The translations under genes were made by a program, and so were the position numbers. Under the pieces are notes generated by a model. It searched no databases, was not told the origin of the DNA, and saw only the letters and a program-made list of their open reading frames with translations. From a virus (lineage: Duplodnaviria; Caudoviricetes), in IMG/VR virus record IMGVR_UViG_3300043598_000004, positions 155-64,154 of that record: 64,000 bases of DNA; one strand, 5' to 3'. Shown piece after piece: positions 17,314 to 26,687 of the stretch (within the stretch, counting starts at the first letter, position 1; every line of letters begins with the position of its first letter).

Positions 17314-17930
17314 GCAACGACATCTCTATTGATTGCGAGACGCTCGGCAAGATGTTCGATGCGCCAGTAATCGCCATCGGTGCTCGCGCATTCGATCGCA
17401 TGACAGGCAAGCTCGGTGCCAAGTTCTACATCGAAATTGAACTGGCGAGTGCGATCAAGACAGGCCGCGTCGATGGCAGCACGATCGGATGGTGGATCAT
17501 GCAATCGCCACGAGCCAAGGTCATCTTCGATCCTGATCGCGAGTCGAAGAAGTCGAGCATGGCTACGGCACTGGTCGAGTTTTCTCATTGGTGCATCGGC
17601 CAGGGCAAAGACACCAACCAGCAATCAGGTGTCCTCCACGCGTGGAGCAACGGCGCCGCGCAAGACATCACCTGGCTTGAGCATGCCTACACCGTGGGCG
17701 GGCACGGCTTGACGATCCCGTGGCAGTACAACATGTCCAGGGACCTTCGCACCATCGAGAAAGCTGCCACCGACATCGCCGGCTTCGATCGCGCCACCGT
17801 CAAGCCTGTCGGTGTCGAGCACAACGCAGTGGACGATGCGACCTATCAAGCCAACATCATCATCGCTGCATACAAGGCACTGAGAGGTAGCAAAACTACA
17901 CCTGTTCCAACTGACGACGACGAACTCTGA
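17310..17930 (+). CDS. DEDDh 3'-5' exonuclease, ends DDDEL
   Basis: IDCETLG, WSNG..DI, RDLRT, HNAVDDA..QA motifs. Confidence 0.88.
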   Translation: MSNDISIDCETLGKMFDAPVIAIGARAFDRMTGKLGAKFYIEIELASAIKTGRVDGSTIGWWIMQSPRAKVIFDPDRESKKSSMATALVEFSHWCIGQGKDTNQQSGVLHAWSNGAAQDITWLEHAYTVGGHGLTIPWQYNMSRDLRTIEKAATDIAGFDRATVKPVGVEHNAVDDATYQANIIIAAYKALRGSKTTPVPTDDDEL

Positions 17931-17950
17931 TCAACAATGAAAGGAATCAA

Positions 17951-18823
17951 ATGACCAATCAAACTCCCCTTTTCACTCCTCCCGAACTCGTGGGCGGCAA
18001 CGTCAAGACAGCGATGAAATCCGTGGGCGCATCGAGCGCTGACTTGTGGAAAGTCAAGCCTTCGGAAATCAAGTTCATGGACGGCTTCAATCTGCGGCAG
18101 CACAACACCGAGTACGAAGAGCACATCGAGTGGCTCACGTCTTCGATCATGCAGAACGGCTACTACCAGGACAAGCCGATCGCTGGCTACGTTGCCACAG
18201 ACGACGTGAATGGCCAAGTCATTTTCTGCACCGATGGCCACAGCCGCGTGACGGCAGCGCTCCGCGCCATCTCTAGGGGTGCGCCGATCGAAACCGTCCC
18301 GATGGTGATCAAGCCCAAGGGCACCACCATGGAGGACCTGACCTTCGCTCTCTTCACAAGCAACGAAGGCCGTCCGTTCTCGCCATTCGAGAAGGGCCTC
18401 GCGATCAAGCGGCTCATCGACATGGGTGTGGATGAAACCGTGATCGCCAAGCGACTCGGCATCACTGTGCCGTACGTCAACGATCTCCTGACAGCTGTCG
18501 GCGCCCCACGTGCTGTGCGCGAGATGATCGCCAGCGGCGCAGTGTCGGCAGCGACGGCCGTGGCTCAGATAAAGAAGCACGGGTCCAAAGCGACTGAAAA
18601 GCTCCAGGAGGCTGCGAAGGTGGCCAAGGCATCCGGGAAGACCAAGGTAACGGCAAAGCATCTCCTGAAGCCTTCTACGCTGAAGCTGACGGGTCAGATA
18701 CGGGCGGACGCCAGCGAAGGCGCGAGCCGCATCTCTATATCCCTGGACTTGGGGCTCGAAGTCATGCTGAAGGCCGGCAGCAAGGTCCGCCTGGTGATCA
18801 CCGACGTGGAGGACGAATTGTGA
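17951..18823 (+). CDS. ParB/Srx N-terminal domain protein with HTH, ends EDEL
   Basis: GFNLR, DGHSR, SNEGRPFSPFE, IAKRLG. Confidence 0.82.
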   Translation: MTNQTPLFTPPELVGGNVKTAMKSVGASSADLWKVKPSEIKFMDGFNLRQHNTEYEEHIEWLTSSIMQNGYYQDKPIAGYVATDDVNGQVIFCTDGHSRVTAALRAISRGAPIETVPMVIKPKGTTMEDLTFALFTSNEGRPFSPFEKGLAIKRLIDMGVDETVIAKRLGITVPYVNDLLTAVGAPRAVREMIASGAVSAATAVAQIKKHGSKATEKLQEAAKVAKASGKTKVTAKHLLKPSTLKLTGQIRADASEGASRISISLDLGLEVMLKAGSKVRLVITDVEDEL

Positions 18824-18981
18824 GAAGGTTCGTGGCCTGGATCACCACGGGCCGCTTCAGCATGATCGACATCATCGGGAGCGTCTTCATCGGCGCGTCG
18901 ATCGCGCAGCGCAACTACCTGGTGGCGTTGATCTGCTTGCTGGCCATGGTCTTCATCGCCGGACTGCGGGGCAAGCCGTGA
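18820..18981 (+). CDS. 53 aa membrane protein
   Basis: Read by hand; GTGA overlaps on both sides, GGAGG RBS, two hydrophobic stretches. Confidence 0.6.
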   Translation: MRRFVAWITTGRFSMIDIIGSVFIGASIAQRNYLVALICLLAMVFIAGLRGKP

Positions 18982-19175
18982 GTCGTCGAACACCTGAATG
19001 GCATGCGGCCCGTGAAGCAGAGGTACAACGTCAACACGATCGTGATGAGGAGCGCTTGCGCGAGCGACGTGAAGTGATCTCCCTGGCGATCCTCGAAGCA
19101 GCTGCAGAGACTGGCTACAGCCCAAGTGACAAGCTGGTCGAGTTTCTTTCCAACTTGCTTGAGAGGGTGACGTGA
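18978..19175 (+). CDS. Hypothetical protein
   Basis: 65 aa ORF. Confidence 0.65.
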   Translation: MSRRTPEWHAAREAEVQRQHDRDEERLRERREVISLAILEAAAETGYSPSDKLVEFLSNLLERVT

Positions 19176-19507
19176 TGCCGCTCGACACCCGTGCCCAAGG
19201 CATAGCGCTCCTACGTGACGATGCCAGGGCCAAGGCCCGCGTCAACGTGCACAAGGCGCACATGGAACTGCTTCGAGCTACCAAAGGCTTGCTCGATGAC
19301 TTCAGGATGCAGTTCAACCCGCCAGGGGTCCGCTACTGGGAAAGCTATTCCGATGAGACACCGCCACGGCGGGCCTACTACACCACGTTGCTTCGATCGG
19401 ATGACGACACGAAGCTACCCGACAACTACACCATTGCCGAACTGAGCCATGTCGAGTACCTCTCACGGCAAGGCATGGGTGACACCTACGATGAGGATGA
19501 ATTGTGA
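19172..19507 (+). CDS. Hypothetical protein, ends DEDEL
   Basis: 111 aa ORF. Confidence 0.7.
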   Translation: MMPLDTRAQGIALLRDDARAKARVNVHKAHMELLRATKGLLDDFRMQFNPPGVRYWESYSDETPPRRAYYTTLLRSDDDTKLPDNYTIAELSHVEYLSRQGMGDTYDEDEL

Positions 19508-20037
19508 TTCCACCACGCTTCAGTTTTGAACTCACTAAAACCGAACTCGCCAAGCTCAAGACACTCGGGGGCGGGCGCTGGTTGCGCAAGGCGATACGTG
19601 AAGCATCGGCGCCTGCACCCCTTGAAGAATTCCCTGACGTGTCGATCGCGCAGCGCGATGCTCGCATCATCGCGGACTTGCGGCCGGCGAAGCTGATCGC
19701 AGCCGAGTGGAAAATCTCACCCAAGACCGTCTACTGCATCCGCCACCATGCCAGGAAGGCCGGCAAGGCAGTGGTCGAATTCGAGCAATCAAAAGGAAGT
19801 GCTAAACATGATCGTCGCAGCGGCAATCAAATTCGGGGAACTGGTGTGCTCGATGCAGGCGCCCCACCACCACGGGGACATCATCTTGGCGTGCAGCACA
19901 GCTGGCCTGCCAATCCCGATTTGCGCGGTGCAGGGATTCCTGACAAGCAGCGGCAGGTTCCTGGATCGCAAGGAAGCAGCCATCCGAGCGGTGCAAAAGA
20001 ATCAACTCGCCAGGGCCAACGTTCATTCGAACGGTGA
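19504..20037 (+). CDS. Putative DNA-binding protein (HTH-like); C-terminal part overlaps next gene
   Basis: LGGGRWLR and LIAAEWKISPKTVYCIR. Confidence 0.55.
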   Translation: MIPPRFSFELTKTELAKLKTLGGGRWLRKAIREASAPAPLEEFPDVSIAQRDARIIADLRPAKLIAAEWKISPKTVYCIRHHARKAGKAVVEFEQSKGSAKHDRRSGNQIRGTGVLDAGAPPPRGHHLGVQHSWPANPDLRGAGIPDKQRQVPGSQGSSHPSGAKESTRQGQRSFER

Positions 20038-20062
20038 GCTTTATTGCGGCGATCTCTGGTGA
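19808..20062 (+). CDS. Hypothetical phage protein (QGFL...FLDRKEA...DLW pattern)
   Basis: AAGGA RBS before ATG 19808; pattern recalled from other phage proteins. Confidence 0.7.
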   Translation: MIVAAAIKFGELVCSMQAPHHHGDIILACSTAGLPIPICAVQGFLTSSGRFLDRKEAAIRAVQKNQLARANVHSNGELYCGDLW

Positions 20063-20066
20063 CGTG

Positions 20067-20090
20067 AAAAAGCCGCCCGTGGGCGGCCTT
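20067..20090 (-). terminator. Terminator between convergent genes
   Basis: AAAAA-gccgccc-gt-gggcggc. Confidence 0.7.
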
Positions 20091-20109
20091 GTCATTGGAT
20101 CGCTTCGGT

Positions 20110-20589
20110 TCAGACTTCGGTAGCGCCACCGTCAGCGCCGGCCTTGCCTGTGGTTTGCTCGGTGGATTCGCTTGGGTCGGTCGTGACGTTTGGGGTAGCC
20201 GTGCGATCACTGATCGTCGCGGCCGTGTCCGGCGCGTTCGGTGCAGCGTCCTTCACCAGGTCGTCAACCACGCTGGCCTTTTGGACAACGGCGTTGACTG
20301 CGGCTTGCAGGCGCGGGCTCAGCTTGCCTGCGTCCTTGGCTGCAGCTTCGAGTTCGTCGACCTTGCTAACCAGCGCGGAGGTTTCCCCGCCGATTTTGTC
20401 GAGCTTGCCCGACAGGTCTTCAAGGGCTTGTGCTGCATCGTCTTGTTCACTCATGATTTTCTCCAGTTTGGCGTTGATAACGTTGAAATTTGCGTTGAGT
20501 ACAGTGAGGGCTATTGCCAGTTTTTCAACCTGACCACGCGAGGCGATCTTGTGCAATGGCCAGGGAAGGATCAAGTGTGTTTTTGACAT
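20110..20589 (-). CDS. Coiled-coil hypothetical protein on the opposite strand
   Basis: 159 aa, heptad pattern, followed by terminator. Confidence 0.7.
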   Translation of the reverse strand: MSKTHLILPWPLHKIASRGQVEKLAIALTVLNANFNVINAKLEKIMSEQDDAAQALEDLSGKLDKIGGETSALVSKVDELEAAAKDAGKLSPRLQAAVNAVVQKASVVDDLVKDAAPNAPDTAATISDRTATPNVTTDPSESTEQTTGKAGADGGATEV

Positions 20590-20681
20590 GGCGATCGATA
20601 TTGTCGATGAATCGTCATGACCGATTTGTGACTAGAAGTTACAGTTCACTTTTGTTTGCAGAACTATTCTTGTGCAAGTCG

Positions 20682-20709
20682 TTGACTTAATAAACGGTTC
20701 GTTGATAAT
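20682..20709 (+). promoter_or_regulatory. Putative sigma70 promoter
   Basis: TTGACT-16 nt-GATAAT. Confidence 0.55.
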
Positions 20710-20744
20710 CGAGGCTCCCTCAATCCACCACAGGAGTTCTCCAC

Positions 20745-20972
20745 ATGCCCAACATGACCGTCGGCGACATCAGCAAAAAGATTGGTTTCATCGTTACCCG
20801 CAAGGACATCGAAGCGCTCGGCATCACGGCCGCAGAGCACGTCAAGGGTTATCCTAAGTTCTCGCCGGCAGCTTTTCCCGCGATCTGCCGGGGCTTCATC
20901 ACGAAGCTGGAAGCATTGGAGGCGGGTTACGTACCTGCCGAGGAGCCCGATGATGATGACGACGAACTTTGA
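20745..20972 (+). CDS. Small protein, ends DDDDDEL
   Basis: CAGGAG RBS. Confidence 0.8.
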   Translation: MPNMTVGDISKKIGFIVTRKDIEALGITAAEHVKGYPKFSPAAFPAICRGFITKLEALEAGYVPAEEPDDDDDEL

Positions 20973-21126
20973 TCCTGCAAACGACATCGACAGAGCATCA
21001 TGCGATTGCGAAGTTATCGAGATCGTGCCCGAGTACATCGAGATTTTTGGCGTGCACGATATACCCGAGGGCACGCTAAACTTTCTCGTGCAATGGGTTC
21101 CATCCTTTCCCTCTGGCCCCGTCTGA
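20950..21126 (+). CDS. Hypothetical protein
   Basis: GAGGAG then ATGs embedded in upstream Asp codons. Confidence 0.5.
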   Translation: MMMTTNFDPANDIDRASCDCEVIEIVPEYIEIFGVHDIPEGTLNFLVQWVPSFPSGPV

Positions 21127-21128
21127 CC

Positions 21129-21464
21129 ATGCCCTCATGGGTTCCACCGATGGGTCCGCCGCCACCGATCCTCTCTGAATGGCTCGACTCGCGCCCGCTG
21201 CGCGTCCCACCATCCACCATGAACATCCCAACACCTGAAGAGTTCGCCAGCTATGTTGTCGTAGAGAAGATCATCGAGTTCCGCGACGTGGCTGACTGGC
21301 TATTGAAAGTCAAACGCACCTACACCATCCGCGCAGCAAGACTGGTCATGCAGCATTGCGCCGGCACGCAATGGGCCATAGAGATTCAGCCCAAGGACTA
21401 TGCGAAGGTCGTCGGCCTGTGCAAGCTTCTTATCGAACTGAGTGACGGGACGGCCGGCGAATGA
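21129..21464 (+). CDS. Hypothetical protein
   Basis: Start moved to ATG 21129. Confidence 0.6.
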   Translation: MPSWVPPMGPPPPILSEWLDSRPLRVPPSTMNIPTPEEFASYVVVEKIIEFRDVADWLLKVKRTYTIRAARLVMQHCAGTQWAIEIQPKDYAKVVGLCKLLIELSDGTAGE

Positions 21465-21670
21465 CCTATCCGCTTGAACACAAGATCATTCGACCGTCCA
21501 AGTGGGACCCGTCACCAAACGTGGCTGAGACGTTCAGACGGGCCAGAGAAAAAGGCCCGCTCGTTGGCGGACCTGTCTCAGTGGTGCAAGTAGCACCGTT
21601 CGATCTCAACCATCCACTGCACTCGCGTCATGCGTGCTACATCATGAGTATTCGGCAGAGGGCGCAGTAA
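21461..21670 (+). CDS. Hypothetical protein
   Basis: ATGA overlap; last gene of plus arm. Confidence 0.55.
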   Translation: MTYPLEHKIIRPSKWDPSPNVAETFRRAREKGPLVGGPVSVVQVAPFDLNHPLHSRHACYIMSIRQRAQ

Positions 21671-22994
21671 ACGCGCTCGTATGGTTCGCATCGCCGCCGA
21701 TGGTTTGCTGTTCGTCATAAATGTAGTTCGGCGAGCCTGCCACGGGTGCGCCGGCCTGGAACATCTCACCCACGGTGAGCCTCCCGCTGAAGGCCGTTGT
21801 GTCCGTGACAGAAGCAACCACTGCGCCATTCACAAAGATGCGAACCATACCCGCGCCGTCTCGTGTAATTTCCAGGTGACGGAAACCTGAAGACGGTTCA
21901 CCCATCGGCGTATTGGTCAATTGAATGATCGGCGTCCCGCCTCCAGTGGTGCCAGTGAAGACAGCCATCTCGAATTGGTTCACATACTGATAGATGCGGA
22001 ATCCTCCCGCCACTCCGTCTTCGCCCACCGACAGCAACGTTCCCGTGTAGCCTGTTCGATAGCCCTGAATGGCCAATGAGAATTGGCCCGACCAGTCGAC
22101 CGACTCCGCGCTGCGGTAGTAGCTTGAACCCGACAAATCCATTGCGGCAGTGCCGAACTTCTTCGTCGTCGTCGTGAGCGCAGCTGCACCGTAGGCAGTG
22201 AACGTCAGAACACCGTCGCTGTTGACGATCGTCGTTGAGCCTGCCGTACCGTTGAAGTGCAGCAAGGACGAACGCACACCATTGTTCGGAGCCACGATCG
22301 CAGGCTGCAGCGCCAAGGCGATCTTGGCAGACTGGCTCGACGTGGCCAGGGTGACTGCCGTTGTCCCGGAGTTGCCTGCCAGAGCCAAAAGTCCTGTGAC
22401 TACCGAAAACCCGCCGCCATTGCCTGACGTTGTTGAGGCATCCATGCGCTCGGCGCCGCCGCTCAAATTCGCATTGGTCTGCCCACTGGCTTGCGCTGTG
22501 GCTGTGTCCGTTACCCATGAGCAACACGCCAGAATCCAGGCGTTATCGCACGTGGTCGTAACCGCAGGGACTGTAACGGCTGTCGACGCTGACGCGTTCA
22601 CGTCGCCTGCGCTCGCGTTGAATGGTGTCGTCTGGTCGACCCCAGTGAAGGCCATGATCTGCGCAATCAAGTGGTCGCCTGGATCGGCGATCACCGGAGC
22701 ACTGTCTGAGCCCGTGGCTATTCTGTAGAAGATCGACAGGCGGGTCGCCGTGGTTGCAGCTGCAGTGCCGGTGCTCTGCGGGCTGCTAGGCGCGATCGTC
22801 CAGCCTGTAGGGGTCGTGACAGCCTCGTTGGCCGTCTCGCATAGCAGGATGAGCAAATCACCCGAAGCGATGCCTGTGGGCAGTGCAGGGGTCACGGCGC
22901 CCGTGCCACTCGATGCCGCTGCCACGTTGCCTATGGCGATCGTGGCGTACGTGACGGCAGCAAATGCCACCGACATGAGCATTTGACCGATCAT
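21642..22994 (-). CDS. Putative receptor-binding virion protein with C-terminal LamG/ConA-like domain
   Basis: PALPTGIASGDLLIL N-domain; SLLHFNG...KKFG...HLEITRDG...IFVNG...FTAPSA; ATGA-coupled start. Confidence 0.72.
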   Translation of the reverse strand: MIGQMLMSVAFAAVTYATIAIGNVAAASSGTGAVTPALPTGIASGDLLILLCETANEAVTTPTGWTIAPSSPQSTGTAAATTATRLSIFYRIATGSDSAPVIADPGDHLIAQIMAFTGVDQTTPFNASAGDVNASASTAVTVPAVTTTCDNAWILACCSWVTDTATAQASGQTNANLSGGAERMDASTTSGNGGGFSVVTGLLALAGNSGTTAVTLATSSQSAKIALALQPAIVAPNNGVRSSLLHFNGTAGSTTIVNSDGVLTFTAYGAAALTTTTKKFGTAAMDLSGSSYYRSAESVDWSGQFSLAIQGYRTGYTGTLLSVGEDGVAGGFRIYQYVNQFEMAVFTGTTGGGTPIIQLTNTPMGEPSSGFRHLEITRDGAGMVRIFVNGAVVASVTDTTAFSGRLTVGEMFQAGAPVAGSPNYIYDEQQTIGGDANHTSAFTAPSAEYS

Positions 22995-24043
22995 GTGAGG
23001 CCGACTCCGCTGATGCGCCACCGGGTCGTAGTCACCTTTTGCATGACTGCGCGCCCACCAGCTGCCAGGGTCCGTGAACCCGTCGTGCCCGCAGCGCCCA
23101 CGAGCACCAGGGTATCGGTCGTGATCGCGATCGTGACGATGCCTGCGCTGATGTCGTTGTCAACGGTGATCACAGAACCAACAGGCATCGGGATGGTCGC
23201 ATTGGCAGGCAGCGTCACCGTTCGCGCCGTTGTATCCGATGACGGATGGTAGAGCGTGGTGCCGGCATCCGCTGCAACAACTGGTCGTGCTGCACTGAAC
23301 GAACTAATGTTCGGTGCGATCACCTGAGCCTGCAGCAACCCGATCGCAGCAAGCACCGTATCTGTCGCAGCAACGGGCGAGTTGGTCGCCGTCGACAGGC
23401 CCGTGAGCACAGCTGCCCGAACTCGCGTATCGGTGTAGTACTTGTTTGTCGAGCCCTCAGTCACGCTGTCACTGTTGCCCACCATCCACGAGTCGGCTTC
23501 GATCAAGTGACCTGACAGGAACGACAGGAAACCAGGCGTCGCCGAGAAGTTGACGCTGATCGTTCCGCTCGCGGCAGTCACGAAGGCGAACAGTTCGATG
23601 TAGTCAGTCGACCCGTTCATGTAGACGATGCCGGACCCTGACGCGATGTAATAGGAGAAGTACCCGGTACTTGCGCCAGGCACCATCGCCGAACCACGAT
23701 TAACTTCAGCACCGTTCTTGAAGATCGCCGCGTACCCTACTGCGCCCACTGCCGCCGATGACTGCAACGACAATTGAAAGTCGAAGTGGTAGTACCCTGC
23801 AATGGCAGGCGTGAATCGATAGTTGGTCGCCGAATCGAACGCGTTGGTCGTGTCGAAGTTCTCGGCATTCAACTGGACCTTGGTCGCAGTAGCGCTCGAA
23901 AACGTTTGATCACTCGTGGCGCGATACGCTCGAAAGCAAGGCCCCGCAAGCAACGTGACTGCAGCTGCCGCAGCATCCGCGTAAGCCTTCGTAGCCAGGT
24001 CCGCTGCGACGGCCGTGGCCGTTCCATATTGCTTGCGTGCCAT
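22991..24043 (-). CDS. Fibre protein with C1q/TNF-like domain and C-terminal adaptor-like domain
   Basis: FRAY...NFDT.NAFD...YRFTP..AGYYHF...DYIELF; EGSTNKYYT motif. Confidence 0.72.
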   Translation of the reverse strand: MARKQYGTATAVAADLATKAYADAAAAAVTLLAGPCFRAYRATSDQTFSSATATKVQLNAENFDTTNAFDSATNYRFTPAIAGYYHFDFQLSLQSSAAVGAVGYAAIFKNGAEVNRGSAMVPGASTGYFSYYIASGSGIVYMNGSTDYIELFAFVTAASGTISVNFSATPGFLSFLSGHLIEADSWMVGNSDSVTEGSTNKYYTDTRVRAAVLTGLSTATNSPVAATDTVLAAIGLLQAQVIAPNISSFSAARPVVAADAGTTLYHPSSDTTARTVTLPANATIPMPVGSVITVDNDISAGIVTIAITTDTLVLVGAAGTTGSRTLAAGGRAVMQKVTTTRWRISGVGLT

Positions 24044-24049
24044 CTCTTA

Positions 24050-25036
24050 TCAGCCTTGAACCAGGACGCGGAATTGTGCCGTCGTCGGTGCCACATTGAA
24101 CCCGAGCGTGACTTGGCTCGTGCTGTTGCGCACCACGTCGCATTCGACCGTGGCACCCGTGGAGATTTCAACCACCTGGACCATGACATCGAGCGTACCG
24201 AGGCTGTGCGTCACGGCAATCGATGTCGCCGAGTTGTCTCCAATATTCGCAGCGTACTTGCGAGGCACCAGCGCTGTATCGATCGAGATGTTGCCACCGC
24301 TGATGATGATGCCGGTGCTCTGCGAATAGGTCGTGCCTGCACCTGTCTGCGCGAACACGAGCGCCGTCGTAGCCAGGGTGATCGGGTTGTTGGTCGTCAA
24401 CGTCCATTGCGTATCAGCGTTGACCGTACCTTCTTCGACCATGACCGACATGCCGGACGTGACTTCAGCGCTCGCGTCTGCATCCGTGGCCCGCGACCAT
24501 GCGCCCGAGGCTGCGGTATAGATGCCGTTCTGCGAGCCCGTGGTCTGGTTCTTCAACAGCACACGATCGTTGGCGACCAGGGTGATACCGTCGATGGTGA
24601 GCAAGCCCGAGAGCGATGCAACGTTGGCAGTGGAAGCAACGCGAACAGCGTCCTTGAAGTCCCGGCCGTTGGCGATCGCCTGCAACTGGCTATATGTGAC
24701 AGCATCCTGCGCTGAACTGCCATCGGTCACGTTCGTGATCTTGTGGGTGTTCATCGAGAAGTCAGCCGTGGGCGCCGTCAACTGATTGATCGTCGATGTC
24801 CGCACCTGCGTATCGAAGTCACTGATCGTTGCCGCCAGCTGCGTACCTGAATGGTTTGCGCGAGCGGTCGGGTCAACCCACGCCGATGCGTTGCGGTAGT
24901 TGAACTTGCCAGTGCCGCTGTCGTAATAGATTTGTCCAGCGACAGGCGAACTCGGCGCCGAGCCGAGTACTTGAAGGACAGCGTTCTGGATTTCGTTCTT
25001 GGTGAAATCTACTGCGGTAAGAAACTTTTTGGCCAT
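24050..25036 (-). CDS. Virion fibre/decoration protein
   Basis: FKDAVRVAST..LSGLLTIDG..DRVLLKNQT...NGIY; RANHSGTQ; THSLGT.DV. Confidence 0.72.
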   Translation of the reverse strand: MAKKFLTAVDFTKNEIQNAVLQVLGSAPSSPVAGQIYYDSGTGKFNYRNASAWVDPTARANHSGTQLAATISDFDTQVRTSTINQLTAPTADFSMNTHKITNVTDGSSAQDAVTYSQLQAIANGRDFKDAVRVASTANVASLSGLLTIDGITLVANDRVLLKNQTTGSQNGIYTAASGAWSRATDADASAEVTSGMSVMVEEGTVNADTQWTLTTNNPITLATTALVFAQTGAGTTYSQSTGIIISGGNISIDTALVPRKYAANIGDNSATSIAVTHSLGTLDVMVQVVEISTGATVECDVVRNSTSQVTLGFNVAPTTAQFRVLVQG

Positions 25037-25044
25037 GATGATTC

Positions 25045-25380
25045 CTAGTTGAGATAAGCAACGCCGGCAAACGCGGCTGAGAAAGTCAGCGTGAGGGTGT
25101 TGACACTGAGGTAATCAATGTCACCCTCACACACGTCACCCGCGCTGTCCACGACAGTCACCGAGGGATATTTGCCCAAGTTGTGCGTAACCGACCAGGA
25201 TGTCGATGCGGACATTTGGGTGTGTAGGTAGTTGAGATCGCCTGAGCCCTCTACATCACCACCAGACGGGCCAGGAGGACCCGAGGGACCTTGGCCAACG
25301 GTGAGGGTGCTGCGCAGCACATCAGGCGCTTCCACGGTCGTCTTCATGACGGCCGGTCCAATGAGTGTTGTAGTGGCCAT
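25045..25380 (-). CDS. Small virion protein with short collagen-like stretch
   Basis: GPSGPPGPSG; HTQ....W.VTHNLGKYPSVTVVD. Confidence 0.68.
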   Translation of the reverse strand: MATTTLIGPAVMKTTVEAPDVLRSTLTVGQGPSGPPGPSGGDVEGSGDLNYLHTQMSASTSWSVTHNLGKYPSVTVVDSAGDVCEGDIDYLSVNTLTLTFSAAFAGVAYLN

Positions 25381-25383
25381 GGC

Positions 25384-25818
25384 TTAGACAACGCAAGGAT
25401 CAGGTTCTGCAGCTACTTCAGTGTCTTCCCGCGTGGCTTCGGCGTAGACCTTGAACTGCCCGTAGAACAACGGGATGACGCGACCCAATGCATCGATCAG
25501 TTCGCTGTCCCAATAGAACGTCACCATGTCTTCAGTGACATCCATGGTCGCGGTGATCTCATCGGGAATGGTCATGTCGTAGTAGCCGAGCGTTCGGTCA
25601 CTGGCCATGGTGATCGTGAACGATGCCTGTGGCGGGCCTGCCTCACGCGGAGCCTTGCGCACCGTGCCGAGCACGGTACAACCCGTCAGGTCCATTGGGG
25701 TCACATCGTCGGGTTGGTAGATGGTATGACGCATCGGTCCAAGCGTGGACCCCTGCCTCACTTCGAGATCAAGCCGTTCTCCGCGTTGGCTGATCGTTGG
25801 TACAACGGTAGGTCGCAT
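25384..25818 (-). CDS. Putative fibre attachment (BppU-N-like) protein
   Basis: LEVRQGST...PMDLTGCT...G.VRK...YWD.EL. Confidence 0.6.
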   Translation of the reverse strand: MRPTVVPTISQRGERLDLEVRQGSTLGPMRHTIYQPDDVTPMDLTGCTVLGTVRKAPREAGPPQASFTITMASDRTLGYYDMTIPDEITATMDVTEDMVTFYWDSELIDALGRVIPLFYGQFKVYAEATREDTEVAAEPDPCVV

Positions 25819-25828
25819 GGTTGGTCTT

Positions 25829-26083
25829 TCAAAGACAGGATTTAAGTTCGGTCACCAACTGGATTTCGTACGCTTCTCGATAAGCCAATTCGGCCAGGGC
25901 CGCACGCACGATCTGGTACATGCCGGCCTTCGCCGACAGGACTTCGGTAGGCATCACAGGGCGCTCCGGCAGCTTGGCTTTGCACTTGATTGGTATGGCC
26001 ACGTTCACCGGCACGGCACGTTGGGTCATTGCGCTGCAGCCCGACAGAGCCGCGCACATGACAGCCGCAAGCACGCGGCTCAT
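25829..26083 (-). CDS. o-spanin (Rz1-like lipoprotein)
   Basis: Lipobox LSGC, Pro-rich, follows i-spanin. Confidence 0.75.
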   Translation of the reverse strand: MSRVLAAVMCAALSGCSAMTQRAVPVNVAIPIKCKAKLPERPVMPTEVLSAKAGMYQIVRAALAELAYREAYEIQLVTELKSCL

Positions 26084-26436
26084 TTCAGCTTCCTCGATGA
26101 CTGCCAGGTTCGCAGCAAGTCGTTGGTGCTTTTGCAATCGTCTGCCGGCGCCGATGGGGCAGTGCTCAATATCTCTTGAGCTTCAACCTGCTTGCTTCGA
26201 ACGATCGGCGCAGCCTTTACGCGAGCCGCCGTTGCTGCAACCTCATCGGCTTCGGCTTCGGCTTCCAAAGTATCCACGGATGCACTGCAAACCCTTAGTT
26301 GAGTAGCGTTCCAAGTTGATGCTTCCTTGGCTTTCTCAACTTCATGCACCATGTCTTCACGGGTATTGAACATCCACACGTTCGCCATTGCCGAGATGGC
26401 CAATGTCGTACCGAGGACAACCATTGAGTAGCTCAA
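26080..26436 (-). CDS. i-spanin (Rz-like)
   Basis: N-terminal TM segment, Ala-rich coiled coil, C-terminal Cys; TTG start after GAGGAG. Confidence 0.72.
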   Translation of the reverse strand: MSYSMVVLGTTLAISAMANVWMFNTREDMVHEVEKAKEASTWNATQLRVCSASVDTLEAEAEADEVAATAARVKAAPIVRSKQVEAQEILSTAPSAPADDCKSTNDLLRTWQSSRKLK

Positions 26437-26687
26437 CGGATGCTCCTCGCGCATTGTTCGTACAGCGCAATAAGTGTGTATGTAAACAGCTTCCGCTCGG
26501 TGAGGCTCGCGTCCGCTGGTATCTCGGGAAGAGGCGGGCATGCGTGATCCTTCACTGTCGTTGGCGGGAGCATGCGCTCGACGCGTTCGTTCTGTTGATC
26601 GATGAGCTTCAACAATTCAGTATCAGGATGAGGAAGCGTGCCGCATCCGGCCAGGCACGCAAGAACGATGACAGGCGTCATGTTCAT
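26433..26687 (-). CDS. Second lipoprotein in lysis cassette
   Basis: Lipobox LAGC; CPPLPEIP...YEQC. Confidence 0.7.
   Translation of the reverse strand: MNMTPVIVLACLAGCGTLPHPDTELLKLIDQQNERVERMLPPTTVKDHACPPLPEIPADASLTERKLFTYTLIALYEQCARSIR

Noticed and set aside
17951-18823. Plasmid-prophage partition system
   Set aside because: No ParA, protelomerase or integrase recognised; solo ParB-like genes are common in phages
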